A DNA stretch of 64,000 nucleotides. It comes from Octopus vulgaris (taxonomy: Eukaryota). Shown piece after piece: positions 54,871-64,000 of the stretch (the stretch's first letter is position 1; each line of letters starts with the position of its first letter). Location: the NCBI GenBank assembly GCA_951406725.2, contig OX597822.1:86924001-86988000 (forward strand), read 5' to 3'. The notes beneath the pieces were generated by a model. That model saw nothing but the letters and a program-made list of their open reading frames with translations. It searched no databases and was not told the DNA's origin. The position numbers were made by a program, and so were the translations under genes.

Positions 54871-55061
54871 CTCACCTGCCTTTCTCCCTTTCCCATATTC
54901 ACCTCTCCATAAGTAGTTATTCCTCTTTTCCTCCATCTTTATATTGATGCCTGTGTATTATCTTCAATATGTGACTTGCTACTACAGCATTCACACCTGC
55001 TATTCTTCCATCTGATGAAAATTTTTGGTGGATTCACCTCAAAGATATTCACATATCATGC

Positions 55062-55096
<35 letters not shown>

Positions 55097-55488
55097 TCAT
55101 GCAAGTTGATAATATTTTTGTATTTTTTGCTTATTTTCTGTGTATAATTATTGCATCATTATATATGCTTGTTTGCATAATATACATTATGGCATCAAGC
55201 AGTTCCTGAATCTTTGAAACAGCTGTAAAGAACTATCATTTATCTTGTAATTTTAATATGTATATGTAACATCTCATATAAATTGAATTACTGCCACCCC
55301 TATTTGTTTGTCAGTCTTGTGTCGATTTACTAATTGCCTGAGTGATGTATTTCTTGTCGGCCACTTTTGTTTCTGCTGGACTATTTTACCTTGATTAGTA
55401 AGTTGGAGTGTAAGCAGTTGACAAATCTGAGCACTAATTTCATGTGCTACTATTCCATGCTGATACTAGTGTCTTCTCACCTACTATA

Positions 55489-55531
<43 letters not shown>

Positions 55532-55726
55532 GCATGCATGTGTGTGGCAACCTCAGGGTGAGTAAGTATCCTCTGTATGTGAGTGAGAAGTTAGCTTCAC
55601 AACCACAAGGTTACACTGTATATCACTTTGGATACAGCCTCAGATTCACTACAGTTTCCATCTAATAGAAATTGCATAGAAGCTAACTACTTATATGTGT
55701 GTGTGCACATGTGCATCTATGTATGT

Positions 55727-56054
55727 GTGAAGGCATATGGCTCAGTGGTTATGATATTTGGCTCACGATTGTAAGGTCGTGAGTTCAATTCCCAAAAGAG
55801 TGTTGTATCCTTGAGCAAGACACTTTTTTTCACATTGCTCCAGTCCACGCAGCTGGCAAAAATGAATTGTACTTGTATTTCAAATTGCCAGCCAATCTTG
55901 TCATATTCTGTGTCATGCTGAATCGCCCAGAGAGCTATGTTAAGGGTATGTGTGTCTGTGGTATGCTCAGCCACTTGCACATTAATGTCACAGGTAAGCT
56001 GTTCTATTGATTGGATTAGCTAGAACACTTATTATTGTAACCGATGGAGTGTCA
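55727..56054 (+). mobile_element. SINE family B'
   Basis: Homologous to 7897-8225. Confidence 0.85.
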
Positions 56055-59000
56055 GTTATTGATGTATATTGGTAAAAGATGTAAAGCTTGGTGAAAAAAC
56101 TGCTTTTTGAATGAGGTATTTTGTGCGAACAGTCTTTACACTGAGTTAAAAAACAAAAAAAACAATTTCCTTGTTCCTTTCATCATCTTCAATGAGGAAG
56201 TCTATTGAAACCATTGAATCAGTTTTATATCACAAATTGGAATATAAAATTAACTGTCAGTAGTTTCTAGATTAAAGACTTCATCATAAATGGAGTGCGA
56301 AAACAAAGTAGACCAAGGAAAATGTAGAAGGGACAGGTGGAGGAGGAGATTAGGAGGATTGGTTTGAAGAAGAAAGATGCCCAAAACTGGGCAAGATGGT
56401 GAGAATGGTGTGAGGGTGGTTGAGCTAGATCCAGCCACTCCCATTAATGGGGACATAACCTGGATTCAAAATGATGGATGATGATGATGATTGACTTGTG
56501 GAAGTTTTGTTGGAAATCTTTGCACTGCTGAGCAAAACTTAATTTTCTGGCTGATTAGAAAATTCCACAAAGTTTCTTGGATTATGATAGATTTAATCTC
56601 TCATCTACTGAATCCATGGAATTATTGATCCATATGAAGACTGCAGAAAACATTTTCGTTCCTTCATTTTTGTATTTGGTTTGCAAGATTCTTTATGTGA
56701 ATTTGTGTATTGAAGCAAATTATGTTGTGTCTGGGGAGAGTCATATTGTCTCAATGCCTTATTTATCTAACACACTCACTGGTTTGATTTCCATTCATTT
56801 ATTATTTATGTTTTTTCTTCAAAAATTTTCATTGCCTTTTGCAACCTTGTCAGTGGATGTTGACTCTGTCCGTTATTGGAGCTGCGTTCATTTTTGTCTG
56901 TTTATGTGCATGTGTGTGCATCAGCATGCATGTGTGCTTGTGCATGCACATATGTATGTATACACACATACATACATGCATACACACATGCATACATACA
57001 TACATACATAAATTTCAATTTATAAAATCCAAGACTAGAAGATGATGTTAAAAAAAACAACAAAAAAACTCAGATTATGAAGCAAAATGTTGCTTACAAT
57101 GCAAAGCTGCATTGTTTTATTGCAATTAAACAAGGAATCTTTTAATGATGGCATCTGTATGATGAGCAAATCTGTTGAGAAGACAGTAAATGTTTCAGCT
57201 TTCAGTATGATTGACATATAATGTTGAACACAGTTTATGAATTGACAAAGGCTAATCTGTGTTATTAAGTGTTTGTTATACTACAATAGGTAGACACTGG
57301 CACCTCTGACTGCAAGTTTTCAACAGGCCAGTCACCAGTTAATTGAAAATCTGATGGGGAGAATTTCCAGGGAGTGTGTGAAACTCATTATAAAACAAAT
57401 ATCACATGGAACTTAGTTCAAGACGCATTGTTTTTTTGTTTGTTTTCTCACTGCTTACACTCTTTGATGATATACATTGGCAAACATATGCTCATGCATT
57501 AATACACACACACACACACACATACACACACACATACACACACACACATACACACACACACATGTATGTGGAAGAGATTTGCACAGTTTCTCTGTGTCAA
57601 ATTCCATTAACAAGGTATTGGTCAGTCTAAGACTCTGGCACAAGACTCTTGCCTAATATGTTTTTGTTTTTTTTTTGTAATTTCATATTTTCTTTATTGA
57701 TTAAAGATTTATTGATATGGTGTCGGAATTCACCCAGTCCTTCTGCCTCAAAACTGAAACTCTTAGAAATCCCCTCCTTGACCATGTTCTCCCTGCTGAC
57801 CCTCACAAAGAAATGTTCAACTGGAACATTAACTCTATAGCTCTAACCTTGTCATTTTTTGTGGCTGATGCTTTTCCTATCATCAACAATTTAAACAACA
57901 TGGACTGAGTGTGTTTTATCACACCACTGGTGCTTTGGAGGTTGTCTATGACAGTACTAAAATGGCCCTTTCACCCTGAATAAGTTTTTGTTCTGAGTCA
58001 ATGCTTTTCTAAATTGTTTGGGAGTCACACTACCACTACAAAAGCAGATTCATTCTTGTGGAGTTTAGATGTTTATTTCTGGTGAAATCAGAATTAAGAT
58101 GTCTGTTTATTAAAAAATATAAAGTCAGGGAATCATAAAAAGGTGAAGGAAGGTTTTAGGGAATTAAACTGCCATTCACTTTTTTTGGTGAGAGTGAGGA
58201 GGAAGGGATATAAGTTAATGAGTGCTGCACATGATTTGCTGATTGTGTCTTGGAGGTTTGGGCTGAGTAAGTAAAAACAGGATTAATTCCATTGTTGGAG
58301 AAACAGACTAATTATTTGAGCAATGCAAAAACTGCAAACAAGTCTAAAAGCAACCTACAACCCTTTTGGGGTCACCTCCCCACCTGCAGGCTGTAGTGTT
58401 TTTATTTTTTTTAGCATATTCCACTCTGTTACCACCACTCTGTTGATAAACTATGGGCACATGGTTTCTTTCTTTTCTTCTCACCAGTCTTGAAGATCCT
58501 GCAAAAGGTCATGGGGTGTGATTTGGCCTCTTCCTCTCATTTTATTGTAAAAATAAAGAGAGAAAATGTAACATTTAGAATCAAAATAATTTTAGAGATT
58601 TAGATCAAATGTTGCAATTTGTGAATTATCATAGAAAGAAGAGATACATTTTGATAAAGTCAGATTTTAACCAGTTGCTTGTAGAAGATATTATTTCCTT
58701 CATTATTCTTGATTACTGCAAGAACTTCAGCCTCCTTTTCTCTTTTTCTTCACAATTTACTTATCTACATGTTGATAAAGTCTGCTAATTCTTTTGTTTT
58801 TATTTAGGATGCTTATAAATGTGTCAGTAGCGGGTGTTTATAATGTAATTGAAATGATATATAATTCATTTGATGAGGTTTATGTTAAAAATGTTACATG
58901 TGTATATAGTGGGTTAAGTCATCATCATCACAATCATCATCATCATTTATACATGAGACATGGCTTCACCAGGTTTCAGTGACTCACCGTTCATTGCACT

Positions 59001-60465
59001 CCTTTGTCATCTGCTACACACAGTATTACAAGAATGGTTTATACAGCTTGATGTCTTTCATAGCATCACCTACTTTATTGGGTACATTTTATCATGTCCA
59101 TGGCTCAACTGAACAATCCTCTCTACCCTGGGTCTAACATCTCTTTTTAGCATATTTTTAAGTCATTATAATTTAGAAGGAAGAATCCCCCTTCTTTTTT
59201 TTGTTTTTTGCGGGTCAAGATTTGCCATTATTTGCTTCAGGCACTGTTGCATCTGGTTGCATTTGAAATCCAGTAAAATTTAATGTTTGGTAAAAGAGAA
59301 AAACATTTGTAAGTGGCAAGAGTTGAAAGTTAGGTCAAAGGCTGGAATTGGTAAAAATGCAGTTGACTGCTTATTTGCTGACTTGAAGAATTTTAGAGAA
59401 CCTTATGATTATTGTCTTTTGTGTTATTTTATATGACTTTAAAACCTTGTTGAAGACAAAAGAATTTCTATAAGTAGAATGAAATGAGAAGGGTTTTGTG
59501 GGTCTGTTAAAATATCGTAGGTCTGAAATTTTGGAGTAAGTGTGTGTGTGAGAAAGAGAGAGAGAGAGAGTTGTTGTGGTGGTGGTGGGGTGCTTGGTGA
59601 TTTCATCAGTTTCGGTGTTCAACTGGGACTTATTTTATTGACCCCAAAAGGATGAAAGGCAAAGTCAACCTTGGCAAAATTTGAACTCAGGGCGTAAAGC
59701 CAGAAGTGATTGCTGTGACTTGTCAAATAATAGCATCAAATAAATATCTAAAAAGGAGAATGAAATAAATGTGAGTTTATTATGAGACTAGGAGGAGAAA
59801 CGGTGAATTTGATTGATTTTTAAGTAGGATATTAAGAAAATGAGAAGTTTGGGTTGAGCGACTTTCTGCATTTTGAAAGCATCCAAATGGAACAACCATG
59901 GATAAAATTAATGTTGATATCAGCAGCAACATAAACAAGTCAATAACGAGTTAGTTGATTACTAATTATTAAAAGTTAAAATATTACTAAATTACTGCAT
60001 ATGGACCGAATGAGTGTGAGCAAGACAAAACTGAAAGCTGTGTGGCCTTAAAACTGATTATTTTGTTAATTTTATAACTTGATAAAGTTTGTAAACTGTT
60101 ACATGACACTTACACACACACGCACACACATACACACACATGCACACACACACACACACACGTGCGCACACACACTTTATCGCTCTCAATGTTTGCTTCA
60201 GTAAGCAGCTTCAATTTGGAGGAAGAGAAAGAGAGAGAGATAGTCTGTGTATATGTGTGTGTATGTGTGTGTGTGACTATGTTAAAAAGCATGTGTGGTA
60301 AATGTATCCTAATTAGTGGACACAAATGTTTATATAATAAATATGCTCATCCATATACATACATACACACATACATCATACATACATGCATACATATATA
60401 TGTATGTGTGTGTATATTGTGTGTATGTGTAGACATACATATATATACATACACACACACACATA

Positions 60466-60876
60466 TTCTTTTATTCTTTTATTTGTTTCAGTCATTTGAC
60501 TGTGGCCATGCTGGAGCACCGCATTTAGTAAACAAATCAACCTCAGGACTTATTCTTTGTAAGCCTAGTACTTATTCTATTGGTCTCTTTTGCCAAACTG
60601 CTAAGTTATGGGTATGTAAACACACCAGCATTGGTTGTTAAGCCATGGTGGTGGGGGACAAACACAGATACACAAAAAACATACATACATATATATATAT
60701 ATGTGTGTATATATGATGGGTTTCTTTCAGTTTCCATTTTCCAAATCCACTCACAAGGCTTTGGTCAGCCTGAGGCTTATAGTAAAAGACACTTGCCCAA
60801 CATGCCATACAATGGGTTTGAACTCAGAACCATGTGGTTGGGAAACAAGCTTCTTACCACACAGCCTTTCCTGCAC
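60466..60876 (-). mobile_element. SINE family A
   Basis: Homologous to 15924-16345. Confidence 0.88.
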
Positions 60877-60905
60877 GTATATATATATATATATATATAT
60901 ATGTA

Positions 60906-61130
60906 CATCATCATTTAAAGCCTGTGTTCCATGCTGGCATAGGTTGGACGGTTTGACAGAATCTAATGAGCCCAAAGACTGCATCATGCTCCAATGTCTG
61001 TTTTAGCATGGTTTTTATGACTGGATGCTCTTCTTTTAATAGCAACCACTTTACAACATGGACTGGGTTCTCTTTTTGTGCTACCTGCACTATCGAGGTC
61101 GCCATGCAATTCACAGAACCACAAATTCTG
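60906..61130 (-). mobile_element. RTE 3' end
   Basis: Tail motif. Confidence 0.8.
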
Positions 61131-61849
61131 GAGGAGAGGGTCAGATGGTCTGTAGCATGCTTCTGGATGGGAAGATTGAACTATGGGAAGTGATGGGGTC
61201 AGTGCAGGTTCTTGTAGAGGATCTGAATGGTTACTAACATCTAGGAGGAGAAAGGGAAGAGAAAATGAACGGTAGAAGCTGCAAGAAATAGATAATGGTG
61301 AGGATATGACTAGGTGGCGCTACAAGGTACAAGTTGAGTTGAAGAATCAGTTTGCAAGGATGTATTGGAAGGAGAATGAGGGGACTGTGAGGCAGACTGC
61401 CCGAAGGGGTAAGGTTGAAGGATGGATGAACAAAGAGCCATGAGTTGTGGAAGATAGAGGGATGCAGTAGAGAATGAAGAGGGCAAGCAGTATGAGTAGT
61501 AAAGATGATACAGTTGTTAGGGTGGTGGCAAGGATGAGAGTGAGATCTAAATGATTGATATGGAAGACGGAGTGTAACTAGAAGCTTTATCTAGCACAAC
61601 AATTGTCTCCACTGCCTTCTACACTGCTCCCTAGTGAGTGAGGAATGATGTAATGACATCAGATGCACCTCGCAGTACAAGGAGTCTCATCAGGTGATGT
61701 AATAGTCTTCAAAGTCTCTAAGATTTACATTTTGCTCCCAAGCTAGATGCTGGTGATATTATGGTGTGTTGCTAGTAGTTCACACACATTAGTGGAGTAT
61801 ACAGAATACTGCATTTTAATGTCATCTATCTAAACCTTAATTTTAAATT

Positions 61850-62257
61850 ATACATGGTCTGATCAATGAACATCTGAACCTTAATAATGAAGCTAAAGAA
61901 TGCAGAGTAAAGTTGCTTGGCAAAGATTGATCTTGAACTCTGCTGTACATGCACACTAAGATTTAACATCCTAGCTCACTTCTGCTGTTTACAGCAGTGC
62001 TTAGAAGGAAAGTGTGTAGTGTGTGATTGTCTCATTGACCATGACAAAAGAAGCAGAAAGCATATGGAGAGGAGTGTATGAGCCTCACAAAGTGTACAAG
62101 TGGTTCAGATGTTTCCGAGATGGCTGAAAGAATGTTGATATTGACGAACGTTCTGGGAGACCCACAACCAGCAGAACTAAGAAAAACATCACAGATGTGC
62201 ATGCAGCTGTTAGGGGAAATCGTCAAATTACCATCTGTGTGTTATCAGAGGATGTAA
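61850..62257 (+). mobile_element. Mariner 5' fragment (HTH region)
   Basis: QKAYGEECMS..KVYKWFRCFRDG*KNVDIDERSGRPTTSRT..VRGNRQITI. Confidence 0.85.
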
Positions 62258-62946
62258 GGTGGTGAAGCATGACCTTCAAACATTAGACCTCACCAAGGCA
62301 ATGGCTAGTGACTGGGACCTTTGGAAATATGCTGTGCTTGAGAAGACTCGGCAAGCCAAGTGAGACCATAACCTCGTGGCCTATGCCAGGGGTGTAACCA
62401 GCCCACTTGTGTGTACCTTTCCTTCATTGGACACTAAACTCTGCTTACGAAGACCTGTTGAGGCAAGTGAAATCGAAATTGAAATCAAATTCGATGACTG
62501 GCATCCGTGCTAGTGAAGTGCTAAGAGCACCATCCAAGCGTGATCGTTACCAGAGCAGCAAACTGGCTTCTATGCCGGTGGTATGTAAAAAGCATCATTT
62601 GAATGTCATCATTACCAGCATTGCTTTACTGGCACTTGTGCTGGTGGCACATGAAAAAGCATTCGAGCAAGGTTGTTGCCAGTGCCGCTGGACTGGCTCC
62701 TGTGCAGGTGGCACGTAAAAAAACACCATTTGAGCATGGCTGTTGCTAGTACCACCTGACTGGCCCTCGTGCTCGTGGAATGTAATAGCACCCACTACAC
62801 TCTCGGAGTGGTTGGCGTTAGGAAGAGCATCCAGCTGTAGAAACTCTGCCAGATCAGATTGGAACCTTGTGCAGCCATCTGGTTCGCCAGTCTTCAGTCA
62901 AATCATCCAACCCATGCTAGCATGGAAATGATGATGATGATGATGA
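62258..62946 (+). mobile_element. RTE ORF end, full 3' UTR with subrepeats and (GAT)n tail
   Basis: VVKHDLQTLDLTKAM..WKYAVLEKT; tail motif. Confidence 0.88.
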
Positions 62947-63008
62947 TATATGTATATATATATGTATGAATATGTATATATATATGTATATATATATATA
63001 TATGTACA

Positions 63009-63041
<33 letters not shown>

Positions 63042-63052
63042 GTGTGTGTATG

Positions 63053-63085
<33 letters not shown>

Positions 63086-63223
63086 ATATGTATGTGTATA
63101 TATGTATATATATGTGTGTATATGTATGTGTATATATGTATATATGTGTGTGTACATATATATATATATATATATAGTGTGTGTGTGTGTGTATATATAT
63201 GTGTGTGTGTATTTATATGTATG

Positions 63224-63254
<31 letters not shown>
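62947..63254. repeat. (TA)/(TG) mixed microsatellite
   Basis: Direct reading. Confidence 0.95.
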
Positions 63255-63256
<2 letters not shown>

Positions 63257-64000
63257 GGGGATGTATGTAAAATTATTTGCATGTTTGTCTAATTTTTTGT
63301 GCTTTTTTCCTTCATTTCCAACTTTTCTATTTATTCTGTTGATACAAACATACAGATACACATGGAAAACATGTAGAAGTAGATGGCTCTATATGGGCAT
63401 GCAATCATGGGTAAACATGCAATTATGAACATGTACATTTTCACATACAAAAATGAATGGGCCTGGACAATGAGCCCATGTAGAAACATGTTGACCCACT
63501 GATAGAGACGTGACTCACTGATCCACTGACAGAAATACACAGACACATGCAACATATGTGTGGGGGACACAAACACACTGATGTTCTGAAATACATGTGC
63601 AAATCAACTTTCACAGGCATATGTCATTCACATAACCATACGCACAAATATGAACCAGCATACATAGGCACACATAAAAACATAGAGGAATACACACACT
63701 CACACACACAGGCATGTGCATGCACACACACTCTCGCATATGCATATACATACACACACACATGCATGCACACACTTATGTATATAATTGACTTTAAATA
63801 GTGAAACGATTAACCCCAAACTGTATAGATTGCTATATTGCTATTTTGATAAGTATTTTAATTTTTGGAAGTTGGAGCAATTTATCAAAAAGTAAATTTT
63901 CATTACTCAAGCAAAATAGAGAAAAAAAAAACAATGAAAATAAAAAGTCAAGAAAACAACAAAATGAAATTTCTAACTCATCAAGAGATTTCATAGTATT

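Noticed and set aside
57098-57171. Minus-strand exon candidate (ctcaacag| ... |gtaagc)
   Set aside because: Good splice-like sites, but the peptide is unconvincing, no CpGs are retained, and its donor phase does not match the phase-1 terminal exons.

Overview
AT-rich, microsatellite-dense eukaryotic DNA. The SINE/RTE repertoire resembles an octopod (cephalopod) genome; this is recognition from memory, not a search. Nearly all ORFs in the track are microsatellite or transposon artefacts. The window holds decayed RTE LINEs (every sizeable ORF-bearing fragment is on the minus strand) and many (GAT)n-tailed RTE 3' ends. It also has several tRNA-derived SINE families, an R4/Dong-type retroelement in (AAT)n, mariner/maT fossils, two non-autonomous Helitrons and a piggyBac-like MITE. 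A CpG-retaining region at 1-2.8 kb looks promoter-like. Two candidate phase-1 alternative terminal coding exons lie on the minus strand near 47.9 and 50.8 kb. The most striking signal is a set of short, sequence-unrelated fold-back elements in or beside (TA)n tracts. Each carries a minimal type I hammerhead ribozyme (CUGANGA..GAAAC-NNNN-GUA) just inside an inverted terminal arm, as expected for Penelope-like pseudo-LTR or retrozyme-type elements. One family fuses a tRNA-like Pol III head to a hammerhead tail. Another carries a covarying non-canonical motif. No autonomous Penelope ORF is present. Repeat boundaries are approximate, read by eye.
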